Positions 1 through 7,744 of a DNA stretch of 27,748 nucleotides are shown here, piece by piece. The translations under genes were made by a program, and so were the position numbers. The notes under the pieces are model-generated. The model did not search any database. It worked only from the letters and a program-made list of their open reading frames with translations, and was not told the DNA's origin. The DNA is from a virus (lineage: Duplodnaviria; Caudoviricetes). Numbering within the stretch: position 1 is the first letter of the stretch; the number at the start of each line of letters is the position of its first letter. The stretch lies in IMG/VR virus record IMGVR_UViG_3300020044_008861, positions 1 to 27,748 of that record; one strand, given 5' to 3'.

Positions 1-18
1 TAAGACCCAATGACAACC
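1..18 (+). repeat. 18-bp inverted repeat, copy 1 (TAAGACCCAATGACAACC)
   Basis: Exact reverse complement of 1331..1348, which covers the helicase leader and first three codons. Confidence 0.9.
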
Positions 19-64
19 GGGAAGTCATCACCATCAAGGCTGTCCGTTTCTTTCCCATCCACTT

Positions 65-1339
65 TTAATTTCCCCTAACCTTGCTGTGCCGGATGCGTAG
101 GGACTCAGTGAACATCCCTTGGCCATCCCGCATCCCAGCCCGGCCGCCACGCTTACCCAGCTTGAAGATGAAGTGGGGCTGCTCTTGGTCTTCCCGCCTA
201 AGGATGGCTGTGCTTCTGAACCAATTGGCTAGCTCACTACTCCCGGTGAAGTCATAGGTGGACTGCACATTGCCATCACCCTTCTTAGGTGGCTTGTTTT
301 GGTGGTGAACGGCAATCAAGGCACACCCTGTCCGCATCAGGCAGGGCTGAAGGATGTGCCGCAGGAAGTGGCTGCAAAATTCCTGCTTGGACACATCCCC
401 ACCGGCAAACCCAAGCAAGGGGTCACACACCAGCAGGTCAGCACTATGGGTCTTCACTAGGTCTTCAATCAGCTGGCCGAAGGCATCACCGGTCTTAACT
501 GCTTCCCGGTAGATGAAGACATTTTCAAACAGCATCTGACGCTCAGCTGTGGTCAGGTGCATTGCGTTAAGCACATCCTGCCATTGCTCGCCCAAATCCC
601 CGCCGTCATTTTCACTTTGCAGCAGGACTATCCGCAGTGGCTTGACCGGCTTGATACCCCACAGGGGCTTCCCTAGCGACCAATTGACCAGCATAGAAGT
701 CACTAGGCTGGACTTGCCGCACCCGGCTTGGCCTGAGAAAAGAAGGCTGCCACCCTTGCACAGCCACCGGTTACCAATCAGGTTATTTTCGTCATTGTGC
801 CGGTCAAAGTTAAGCAGGTCTTCCAAGGCCATCCGTTGCGTGGTGGTCTGGCCTGAGTTGGCATCAAGCAGGGCTTTGGCTTGGGCTTGGAAGGAAGTGG
901 CCAGCTCAGCCGGTTTGAAAGCCCCTGACAGTGCCTTGGCTGTAATGTCCCGGGCAATGTAGATGAGCTGCCGGGCTTGGTGCTTCTCAGCTAGGATGCT
1001 GATGGCTGGCCGAATGTTAGGGGATGGGCTGAACAGGGTTGATGTTAGCTCATTAATGTAGGTCACCCCACCGGCTTGGTCTAGGGCTAGGGTGCTTCGT
1101 AGGTGGTTACCAAGGGTCAGCTCATCCGGGTTGATGCCTTCAGCAATCAGCTGCTGACAGGCTTGGTAGATGGTCTGGTGCTTGGGTTCAAAGAAGGTGG
1201 CTGGCTGAAGGTTCAGCTCAGCACAGGTTTTGAAGATGCCGGAAGTCTGGCCAGCATCCACAAGGATAGATGCAAGCACAGTCCGTTCCGCATCCAAGTC
1301 AGATGGCGGCAGCTGGCTTGGGGCTTTGTGGGTTGTCAT
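65..1339 (-). CDS. Replicative helicase: DnaB-like N-terminal domain fused to an AAA_25/RepA-like RecA-fold ATPase
   Basis: N-terminal DLDAERTVLASIL...FFEPKHQTIY is typical of DnaB_N; Walker A GQAGCGKS; Walker B-like LLVCDP; IAVHHQNK. The extreme C-terminus may be altered (see findings). Confidence 0.85.
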   Translation of the reverse strand: MTTHKAPSQLPPSDLDAERTVLASILVDAGQTSGIFKTCAELNLQPATFFEPKHQTIYQACQQLIAEGINPDELTLGNHLRSTLALDQAGGVTYINELTSTLFSPSPNIRPAISILAEKHQARQLIYIARDITAKALSGAFKPAELATSFQAQAKALLDANSGQTTTQRMALEDLLNFDRHNDENNLIGNRWLCKGGSLLFSGQAGCGKSSLVTSMLVNWSLGKPLWGIKPVKPLRIVLLQSENDGGDLGEQWQDVLNAMHLTTAERQMLFENVFIYREAVKTGDAFGQLIEDLVKTHSADLLVCDPLLGFAGGDVSKQEFCSHFLRHILQPCLMRTGCALIAVHHQNKPPKKGDGNVQSTYDFTGSSELANWFRSTAILRREDQEQPHFIFKLGKRGGRAGMRDGQGMFTESLRIRHSKVRGN

Positions 1340-1348
1340 TGGGTCTTA
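1331..1348 (-). repeat. 18-bp inverted repeat, copy 2 (helicase start region)
   Basis: ggttgtcattgggtctta on + equals TAAGACCCAATGACAACC on -. Confidence 0.9.
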
Positions 1349-1395
1349 GGTGGCTGGCAAGCTGCCCTTGGGGTGGCAGCCGGTCAACCTATGGT

Positions 1396-1833
1396 TTAGA
1401 ATTCCGGGGCTTCAGTGGTGTCAACCTGTTGGGTGAACGGATGGAATTTGGTGACCTTGCAGATGGTCTTGGTAGTGCCGTCAGCAAAGGTAACATCTTC
1501 CTGCACCACAGTCACCTTAAGCCACTTGCCTTCAGCCTTGGCCAGAAAGGACTTCAGACCTTCAGCAGACCGGACAGGCAGACCAACCTTCTGGCCGGTG
1601 GCTGTGCTGACAAAGGCAGCAGCACGCTTCAAAGCACCATCAGTGCTGGCAAAGAATACATCATTAATCTTCTGGCTGTCCTTGGTGGTCATCAGCACCT
1701 TGATTTTGGCATCACCCTTCTGGGTGGTGGAAATGTCTTCATCACGGATGCGGCAGATTTTCACCACATAGTCACCGGGATTGGTGATGGCTGTGAGCTT
1801 AGGCCGGTTAGGGTTTTGGTTATTGTATGTCAT
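1396..1833 (-). CDS. Putative single-stranded DNA-binding protein (DUF669-like)
   Basis: PGDYVVKI N-terminal motif, GKWLKVTV, acidic C-terminus ending EAPEF; lies between recombinase and helicase genes. Confidence 0.6.
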   Translation of the reverse strand: MTYNNQNPNRPKLTAITNPGDYVVKICRIRDEDISTTQKGDAKIKVLMTTKDSQKINDVFFASTDGALKRAAAFVSTATGQKVGLPVRSAEGLKSFLAKAEGKWLKVTVVQEDVTFADGTTKTICKVTKFHPFTQQVDTTEAPEF

Positions 1834-1835
1834 AG

Positions 1836-2087
1836 TTATTGGTTAGTTTCGTTGGTGAAAGGTTTAACAGTCAGCTGCCCATCGTTAAGCAGCTGCTGAA
1901 GAAGGATGGCTGTGGCAGGGTTTTCAATGCGGACAAAGCCATTACCACTGTAAAGGTAAAGCTTCCCCTTTGTGGTTATGCCAGCCGGGGCTTCCTCTTG
2001 GTGGCAGTGGAACAGATAGAAAGGGCTTTCACCTTCCTTCTTAGGTTGGAAGACTTCAGCCACCCAAACTTTTCTTAGGGTAGTCAT
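1836..2087 (-). CDS. Hypothetical protein
   Basis: 83-aa ORF with a TGATG stop/start overlap with the upstream nuclease gene. Confidence 0.7.
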   Translation of the reverse strand: MTTLRKVWVAEVFQPKKEGESPFYLFHCHQEEAPAGITTKGKLYLYSGNGFVRIENPATAILLQQLLNDGQLTVKPFTNETNQ

Positions 2088-2965
2088 CAGCTGAAAATGA
2101 TGGCATCAGTTTCATCCTTGGACTTATAAGGTTCAATAATGTTGATTTGCTTGGGGTATAGCGGCCAGCTATTGAAGGCAGTGCAAGCCTTGTAACTTTC
2201 CAACGCCTGAGTCACTTGCAGCATCCCTTCGTTAATCAGCTCACCACTGATTTCATAGATGCCGGTTGCGTAGGGCTTGGACTTTTCAACACAGACCATC
2301 CGGAAGCCCTTAGCCCGGATGCCAAAGACCTGCTTGAACAAAAGGCAATAGAAGGCGGCCTGAAAGTGATAGCCCCACTTATAGACTGAGCTGCGGACTG
2401 TGTAGGGGCTAAGCCGCTTCTCCATACTTTTCAGGTCATAAATCCATCCGTCTTCTGAAATCAAATCCACCTGACCCTTCAGGGCAATGTCGCTGTAAGT
2501 GCAGGTTAGGGACAGCTCTTGTGCCACCGGCTTGACCCCCCAATGCTTCAGCTCAGCAGACAGGGCAAGACCCATAGCCTTGGCCTGTTCCTGTTCATCT
2601 TGGTCAACGATGGTCTTCCCCTTGGCCAGCTCATTAAAGTTATCCCACCAAGCCTTTGCCTCAAGGTGTTCCAGCTTGGGCTTCTTAGCGTTAAGCTGCT
2701 TCTCAGTGGGCTTCTTAGGTGCGTCTTCAGGGATGGTGATTAGCTCAGCGTTAAACCGGTCAGGTTCAAGGGTGGCCAGATGCACCAGCGTCCCCATCCG
2801 CAGGGCGGCCGTTTCCTTCCGGGGACTATCAAGGTAGTCCCTGAAGTGACCGGCACTGACCAAGAGAAGCTTGGCAGCAGATTGGTTCAGGTTGGTGCAA
2901 GCGTCATAGTCAGCCCTTGTCCAAGTGGAAGTGGGCAGGGCATCAATCATCTGTTTAGTTATCAT
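2087..2965 (-). CDS. PD-(D/E)xK exonuclease, RecE/exonuclease VIII C-terminal-like (DUF3799-like)
   Basis: LNQSAAKLL, MGTLVH, KGQVD, IYDLKS, YHFQAAFY, F..VCVEK..PY motifs; start moved to ATG 2965 after an AC-rich leader. Confidence 0.85.
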   Translation of the reverse strand: MITKQMIDALPTSTWTRADYDACTNLNQSAAKLLLVSAGHFRDYLDSPRKETAALRMGTLVHLATLEPDRFNAELITIPEDAPKKPTEKQLNAKKPKLEHLEAKAWWDNFNELAKGKTIVDQDEQEQAKAMGLALSAELKHWGVKPVAQELSLTCTYSDIALKGQVDLISEDGWIYDLKSMEKRLSPYTVRSSVYKWGYHFQAAFYCLLFKQVFGIRAKGFRMVCVEKSKPYATGIYEISGELINEGMLQVTQALESYKACTAFNSWPLYPKQINIIEPYKSKDETDAIIFS

Positions 2966-3194
2966 TGGGTTTGGGTGCTTTGGGTTTGTTGGTTGGGTTG
3001 CAGAAAGGAAAGTCAATGAAGCCGGTGTTGGCTAGCTGGCAAAACAAGGCAGCGTCTGTCTTGGTATCGAACCTGACCAGCACGCCATCCCAAGACAGGA
3101 AGCCGGGGCTGTGCTTGAAGTGGCCACCTGTGACCAAGATGAAATGCTTGGTGCTTCCGTTGCTGTCCCTGCCTTCTTCAATCTTAAAGGTCAT
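2955..3194 (-). CDS. Hypothetical protein
   Basis: MTFKIEEG...; overlaps both neighbours by about 11 nt; likely start 3194. Confidence 0.6.
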   Translation of the reverse strand: MTFKIEEGRDSNGSTKHFILVTGGHFKHSPGFLSWDGVLVRFDTKTDAALFCQLANTGFIDFPFCNPTNKPKAPKPNDN

Positions 3195-3405
3195 TGTATT
3201 CAATTGGGTATTTCTTCCGGTAGGCGGCAGCCTGACGCTCAAGGGCATCAACCCTAAGACGCAGCTCCCTGTTATCCCAATCAAGTTGGCGGCAACAGCT
3301 GGCCAGCTCTTTCTGCCTAGCCAGAATGTCAGCAATAATGTCTAGGATTTGACGCAGCTTAGACCGGTGTTCAGCCGGTTGCTGTCCGTTGGTTTCATTA
3401 ACCAT
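3184..3405 (-). CDS. Hypothetical coiled-coil protein
   Basis: Heptad-like LxxxNxELRLRVDALE; overlaps its neighbours. Confidence 0.65.
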   Translation of the reverse strand: MVNETNGQQPAEHRSKLRQILDIIADILARQKELASCCRQLDWDNRELRLRVDALERQAAAYRKKYPIEYNDL

Positions 3406-3697
3406 TTGGGCAGATGGTGCGGATGGTCTTAATGTAAATGTCAGCAGCTTCCCGGTGTTCCCGGGAATAATAAAAGGCTTTGTCGGCCAGCTCAGCCAGC
3501 TTCAAGGCTGCGGCCTGTGTGACCTTAAGCTGGTCAGCCAGCCCACCGGGTTGGTTGGCTTGCTTGAGCATCTGGACTTCTTCCAAGGCACGCTGGTAAA
3601 GCATCCAGACTTCATCAAAGGAAGCCTTGCTGATGTATTGTTCAGCCTGAGCTTCAAGGGCAGCTTCAGCCAGCTTGATGGGGATAAGGTTACCCAT
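3398..3697 (-). CDS. Hypothetical helical protein
   Basis: 99-aa ORF with 8-nt overlaps to both neighbours. Confidence 0.65.
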   Translation of the reverse strand: MGNLIPIKLAEAALEAQAEQYISKASFDEVWMLYQRALEEVQMLKQANQPGGLADQLKVTQAAALKLAELADKAFYYSREHREAADIYIKTIRTICPNG

Positions 3698-4448
3698 TGT
3701 TGACTGCCTCCATAAACGCTTGGGTCATCTTGGGATTGCCGGTCAGCAGCTGCACCTTGTCTTCCGGCAGGAATTCCAGCAGCTCACCTTCGGCCAGCCA
3801 GCCCTTCTTCCACAGAATAGCTTCAGCAGACTTAACCTTGGCCACAGTATCAATGCCAATGGCCACCCACCAAGTGCTTGCCTTGGCTTCCGGCTGGGGC
3901 TTCTGCATCACCGGCTTGGCGTAGGCTTGGGCAGGGTATGGCTTATGGGTGGCAGCGTTGCCGTCATCATCCAAGTCTGTATCCCCACTGATGCCAGCTA
4001 GGGTGCTGATGGAATACCTACGCAGATAGGTTGTAATGCTACCCAGCTGCTGAAGGTTTGTGCCTTCAGACTTCACGGCCAATTCACCAAAGTCAAACCG
4101 GTGGCCTGTGTGGTGCAGCACTTCAGTCTTCAGGGCAATCCGGGTTTCAGTGGTGTAAGGGGTCTGAAGGATGGTCAGGCCATACTTCAGGAAGATGGGT
4201 TTAACTTCAGCCAGCAGGTCACTAAGCCCAAAATACTTGGACTTAAAGTGCGGGTTGAATTTATCAGCAGCCACATTCTCACAGTGGGCAATGGCCAGCA
4301 CCAAGGCTTCATTGGGGCTGAGCTGCTTGGCAGCTTCACTGATGCCTTCAAGGGTAGGCTTGGTGATGTTATGCACTGTCTGTTTGATGGAGTCCAGCAG
4401 CTGTTGGCTGGCCGGGGTGTCTTCGTTTTGGTCTTTGGCTTTTTTCAT
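3690..4448 (-). CDS. erf: ERF-family single-strand annealing protein
   Basis: NPHFKSKY..LSDLL, LGSITTYLRRYSISTLAGI and DDDGNAA are the ERF signature motifs. Confidence 0.92.
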   Translation of the reverse strand: MKKAKDQNEDTPASQQLLDSIKQTVHNITKPTLEGISEAAKQLSPNEALVLAIAHCENVAADKFNPHFKSKYFGLSDLLAEVKPIFLKYGLTILQTPYTTETRIALKTEVLHHTGHRFDFGELAVKSEGTNLQQLGSITTYLRRYSISTLAGISGDTDLDDDGNAATHKPYPAQAYAKPVMQKPQPEAKASTWWVAIGIDTVAKVKSAEAILWKKGWLAEGELLEFLPEDKVQLLTGNPKMTQAFMEAVNNG

Positions 4449-4472
4449 TGCGTTGGTTGGTTGGGGAAATGG

Positions 4473-4658
4473 TTAGCTGATAGGATTAAACCGGATGGCC
4501 TTAACATAAATCTGCCGGAAATTACTGAAGTCATCCCTTTGGATTTCAGCAATAAGGTAAACCTCACCCCGGTAGATGATGCAACCATCAGGTGTGGCAA
4601 GATGGCTGGTGATAGCCTTCTTAGTAGGCTTCTGTTTTTTCTTAGTTTTGGTTTTCAT
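4473..4658 (-). CDS. Small basic hypothetical protein
   Basis: MKTKTKKKQK...; starts just downstream of the tRNA (the longer track start runs through the tRNA). Confidence 0.6.
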   Translation of the reverse strand: MKTKTKKKQKPTKKAITSHLATPDGCIIYRGEVYLIAEIQRDDFSNFRQIYVKAIRFNPIS

Positions 4659-4676
4659 AGCTGGTGGAAAATGGGG

Positions 4677-4748
4677 AGCTTCAGACAGGACTTGAACCTG
4701 CAACCGGTGGTTTACAAAACCACTGCACAACCATTGTGCTACTGAAGC
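4677..4748 (-). tRNA. tRNA-Thr(UGU)
   Basis: Cloverleaf GCTTCAG/CTGAAGC acceptor stem, GCAC/GTGC D-stem, GTGGT-TTTGTAA-ACCAC anticodon arm, GCAGG-TTCAAGT-CCTGT T-arm; CCA does not directly follow the discriminator. Confidence 0.92.
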
Positions 4749-4756
4749 GGGATGCC

Positions 4757-4966
4757 TTAGGCTTCCTTGTTAATCTTCTCAGTCAGGGACAGATAATTGG
4801 TCAGGGCTTCCGGCTTGTTCAGGTTAATCCGCATAGTCTGACCGGCCTTGCCTGTGCCCAAATTCCACAGCAGCTGACCCTTGTGGTTGATGGGCTTGAG
4901 CTTCCGGGCAACAGTGCCACAGGGAAGGATGACATACTGCGTATTTCCAATGGGCTTGATTTCCAT
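4757..4966 (-). CDS. Hypothetical protein
   Basis: 69 aa with YVILPCGTVARKLKP; fits operon spacing. Confidence 0.7.
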   Translation of the reverse strand: MEIKPIGNTQYVILPCGTVARKLKPINHKGQLLWNLGTGKAGQTMRINLNKPEALTNYLSLTEKINKEA

Positions 4967-4975
4967 AGTGTGTGC

Positions 4976-5452
4976 TTAGTTTTGGTGGTTAGAAAAGGCG
5001 TAGTCCAAGAGCAGCAAGGCATCTGCCGTTGCCAGCGTAAGGTCATCAAGTGCCGGATACCTGCGTGCAGCTTCTGCTTTCAGGGCTGACTTCCACCGGC
5101 TTTGGGTAAGGCTGCCTTTGGCAATGCCAAGACCGGCTTGCCAGACCTGTGGGGCTATCAGGATAACCCGGTGCTGGCGGCCAGCAGCCCAACCCTCAAG
5201 CCATCCGCAGGACTTGCCTAGCTTGAAGGCAGCACTGCTGGGGATTAAGCGGCCGACAAAGGGAGGGACTTTTTCAATGAAGACCACAGCCCCAAAGGGG
5301 ATGACCTGTGCAAGCTCCGTAGCGTCAGTGGGCATCTTGTGCAGCCGGATGACCAGCTTGCCTTCTTCCTTAGTCGCTACGGCCACACCACCGGAAGCAC
5401 CGGGGTCAATGCCAGCAACGGCAGGGAAGTTATCTAGAAGGCTTGTTTTCAA
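4976..5452 (-). CDS. RuvC-like Holliday junction resolvase
   Basis: AGIDPGASGGVA, VFIEKV, SAAFKLG, PQVWQ, ADALLL catalytic pattern; start uncertain (TTG 5452 chosen). Confidence 0.85.
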   Translation of the reverse strand: MKTSLLDNFPAVAGIDPGASGGVAVATKEEGKLVIRLHKMPTDATELAQVIPFGAVVFIEKVPPFVGRLIPSSAAFKLGKSCGWLEGWAAGRQHRVILIAPQVWQAGLGIAKGSLTQSRWKSALKAEAARRYPALDDLTLATADALLLLDYAFSNHQN

Positions 5453-5460
5453 TGGCGGGA

Positions 5461-5892
5461 TTATCTGAGCAGCTTGGACTTGCGGATGGTGATGGCAGGG
5501 CAACGCTCTATGTCAAATCCTCTTTTCCGGTATCCATTGAAGCCAAGATTGTGGATGGCATACAGGTCAACCAGCGTAGCCTTGCGGCCGGTGGCTTGGG
5601 TGAACCTAGCTGCATTGATGGACAGCCAGCTGTGCAGGTAATCCCTAGCCACAGACGCATTAAGGGCATTGTGGTAGGGGAAGACCGGCAACCCCTGCTT
5701 GGCACGCCAAGCGGATGTGTCCTGCCAAGCTGCGTAGTGAAACTGTGCCAGCCCTAGGCCAGCACCCCGGTCACCGGTGGCTGAAGCCCGGCCGCTGCTT
5801 TCAATGGCAATGACCTTATCCAGCATAGCTGGGGTGATGGTAGCCTTGGCCAGACTGCACATAAGGAACAGGGGTAGCAGGGCAGACTTCAT
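5461..5892 (-). CDS. Lysozyme-like / lytic transglycosylase with N-terminal signal peptide
   Basis: MKSALLPLFLMCSLAKA signal; IAIESSG (catalytic Glu), GDRG..LGLAQF, AIHNLG. Confidence 0.8.
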   Translation of the reverse strand: MKSALLPLFLMCSLAKATITPAMLDKVIAIESSGRASATGDRGAGLGLAQFHYAAWQDTSAWRAKQGLPVFPYHNALNASVARDYLHSWLSINAARFTQATGRKATLVDLYAIHNLGFNGYRKRGFDIERCPAITIRKSKLLR

Positions 5893-6197
5893 TTGCGGAC
5901 CGGCATTGTGTAGCCCTTTTGTTCCTCCCCATCTTCCCAAGTCAGCCGGTAGCTCAGGGCGAGAAAGCCACCATAGGCAATGTGGGCATCAAGCCAGACT
6001 TCACGGATGTAGGGCAGGGTTTTCAGGTGGGCTTCCTCATCAGCCAGCATAGCCTTGGCCTTCTTCAGCACACCCTTTTCAGTCAAGTCACCTTGCAGCA
6101 GCCGGTCATTCAGGAAGTAGAATTCCTGAAGCAGATTGTGCAGGGTAAATGTAGCTAGGTCTTTGCTCACTTGGGTTGGGGTTGGTGTGTATTGCAT
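5889..6197 (-). CDS. Hypothetical protein
   Basis: MQYTPTP...; ATGA overlap with the transglycosylase gene. Confidence 0.65.
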   Translation of the reverse strand: MQYTPTPTQVSKDLATFTLHNLLQEFYFLNDRLLQGDLTEKGVLKKAKAMLADEEAHLKTLPYIREVWLDAHIAYGGFLALSYRLTWEDGEEQKGYTMPVRK

Positions 6198-6231
6198 AGG
6201 GTCATCAAAGGTAGGATGTGGGCAAGCCTTC

Positions 6232-7098
6232 TCACTTGTCCCAGCGGATGCAGACCAGCACCGGGTGACGCATAGACCCAGAAGGGGTGAGCTGCTGGCA
6301 AGCCACTTCAGCAGTCTTGCCAACATACTTCTGCGGATTGTCGTGCAGGTCTAACCTAAGGCCATCATCAAGGCCAGACCCTACGGCAATCATAGTGCCG
6401 TTATGCTTCACCAACATAGCACCGGCAGCCCCATCATAGCGGCCTTTGCCGGGGGTGAAGCCAATGATGGTGCAGTCATAGGTTTCACAATTCTTCAGCT
6501 TGACCCAAGCCTTGCTTCTGCGGCCGGGGCTGTAAGGGCTATCAACATCCTTGAGCATAATGCCTTCCCAGCCTAGGCCAATGGCCGTATCCAGCAGGGT
6601 TTCAGCATCAATGTCTTCACTGCTCAGGTATTCAAAGACCGGCACAAGCAGGATGCCTTCATCAGATAGGGACTCAGCCCCAAGGGTCTTGAAAATGCTT
6701 TCAATGAAGATACGCCTATGCTGATAGCAGACAGCATCAGTGTTCAGCCAATCTTCAATCATAGGCACATCAAAGATGGCCAGCTTAGCCAGCTCAGCTT
6801 CACCGGTCTTCTTCATCAGCTCACCTACCCCGGTGAAGAAGTCACCCATAGCAAGGGCTTCACAGTCTAGGCAGATGGTCTGGCCGACAGCCTGACCAAT
6901 CCGGAGCAGGGCAGGGGTTAGCTTGTTAAGGCTGGTGACGGCATTGCCGTTCCGGGTTTCATAGGTGACCCAACCCTGACTGTGGTTGATGGTGACCATA
7001 ACCCGGATGCCATCCAGCTTGGGTTCAACAGCCCAAGTCTTGCCGGGCTTGAAATCACCGGTGCTGCTGCTGGCCAGCATTGGCTTGATAGGTAGCAT
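6232..7098 (-). CDS. ATP-dependent DNA ligase
   Basis: PMLA, motif I EPKLDGIR, LDCE, IFDV, EGIMLK, WVKLK, OB-fold VGSGL, SMRHPV...RWDK. Confidence 0.95.
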   Translation of the reverse strand: MLPIKPMLASSSTGDFKPGKTWAVEPKLDGIRVMVTINHSQGWVTYETRNGNAVTSLNKLTPALLRIGQAVGQTICLDCEALAMGDFFTGVGELMKKTGEAELAKLAIFDVPMIEDWLNTDAVCYQHRRIFIESIFKTLGAESLSDEGILLVPVFEYLSSEDIDAETLLDTAIGLGWEGIMLKDVDSPYSPGRRSKAWVKLKNCETYDCTIIGFTPGKGRYDGAAGAMLVKHNGTMIAVGSGLDDGLRLDLHDNPQKYVGKTAEVACQQLTPSGSMRHPVLVCIRWDK

Positions 7099-7103
7099 AG
7101 GTG

Positions 7104-7292
7104 TTACTTCCGGTTGGGGGTGAACAGGGAACACAGGCTAACCCCAAGGATGACCGGGATGAGCAGGGTGAGGAAGAAAAGGGCAATGCCGTAGCAGCCC
7201 TGTTCATAGTCAGCCGGGGTAAGGGGCTTGTCATAGAAAGCCCGGTGGTTAGCCGGGGTGGTGGTGTGTGCTTTCATAGTGCGGGTGGTCAT
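7104..7292 (-). CDS. Small membrane protein
   Basis: C-terminal hydrophobic helix GIALFFLTLLIPVILGVSLCSLF. Confidence 0.65.
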   Translation of the reverse strand: MTTRTMKAHTTTPANHRAFYDKPLTPADYEQGCYGIALFFLTLLIPVILGVSLCSLFTPNRK

Positions 7293-7312
7293 AGGGAAAT
7301 TACTTGGTGACC
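7283..7312. repeat. Gene-junction direct repeat, copy 1
   Basis: gggtggtcatagggaaattacttggtgacc; 28/30 identical to 7509..7538, with a 21-bp exact core. Confidence 0.92.
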
Positions 7313-7518
7313 CGGTGGCCGTAGGTGATGTGTTCCTGCTCAGCCTGAAACTTCAGCTGACGCAGGGTGGTCAGGATGGCCTTCCTCCGGAGAGGGTTGC
7401 CGGGCTTCCGGTCTAGGGCTTCAAGCCAGAAGGCAATACGCTGCTTGGTGCTAGGAAACACCCCGGGCAGGGATAGGACTTTGATGATTGGATGGGTGGT
7501 CATAGGTTGGGTTGTCAT
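7300..7518 (-). CDS. Small basic hypothetical protein
   Basis: 72 aa, flanked by the direct repeats, ends VTK*. Confidence 0.65.
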   Translation of the reverse strand: MTTQPMTTHPIIKVLSLPGVFPSTKQRIAFWLEALDRKPGNPLRRKAILTTLRQLKFQAEQEHITYGHRVTK

Positions 7519-7538
7519 AGGGAAATTACTTGGTCACC
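7509..7538. repeat. Gene-junction direct repeat, copy 2
   Basis: gggttgtcatagggaaattacttggtcacc. Confidence 0.92.
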
Positions 7539-7726
7539 GGGGCTACGCTGGAAAGGAATTGCTTAACCCCGGCAAGCGTGGACTCAGACCCAGACTGCTG
7601 GCCACCACCATTGTCAGTGGCAAAGCCGGGCTTGAGATTGATGAAGTAAGTCCGGCGGCCAAAGTCAGACTCAATAATGATTTCAGCAACGGCCGGGTGA
7701 GACTTAAGGACTTGTAGGGTTGTCAT
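7526..7726 (-). CDS. Small hypothetical protein
   Basis: 66 aa with YFINLKPGF; starts MTT and ends VTK*. Confidence 0.7.
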   Translation of the reverse strand: MTTLQVLKSHPAVAEIIIESDFGRRTYFINLKPGFATDNGGGQQSGSESTLAGVKQFLSSVAPVTK

Positions 7727-7744
7727 AGGTGATAGGTTGGGTGG

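Noticed and set aside
1349-1395. GCTGCC...GGCAGC hairpin between the SSB-like and helicase genes as a terminator
   Set aside because: Short stem with no U-tract on either strand.
4659-4730. N-terminal extension of ORF 4473..4730
   Set aside because: It runs through the tRNA; ATG 4658 is the plausible start.
7283-7538. CRISPR or integron interpretation of the 30-bp repeats
   Set aside because: Only two full copies 226 bp apart, no palindromic attC/CRISPR structure, and no cas or integrase gene.
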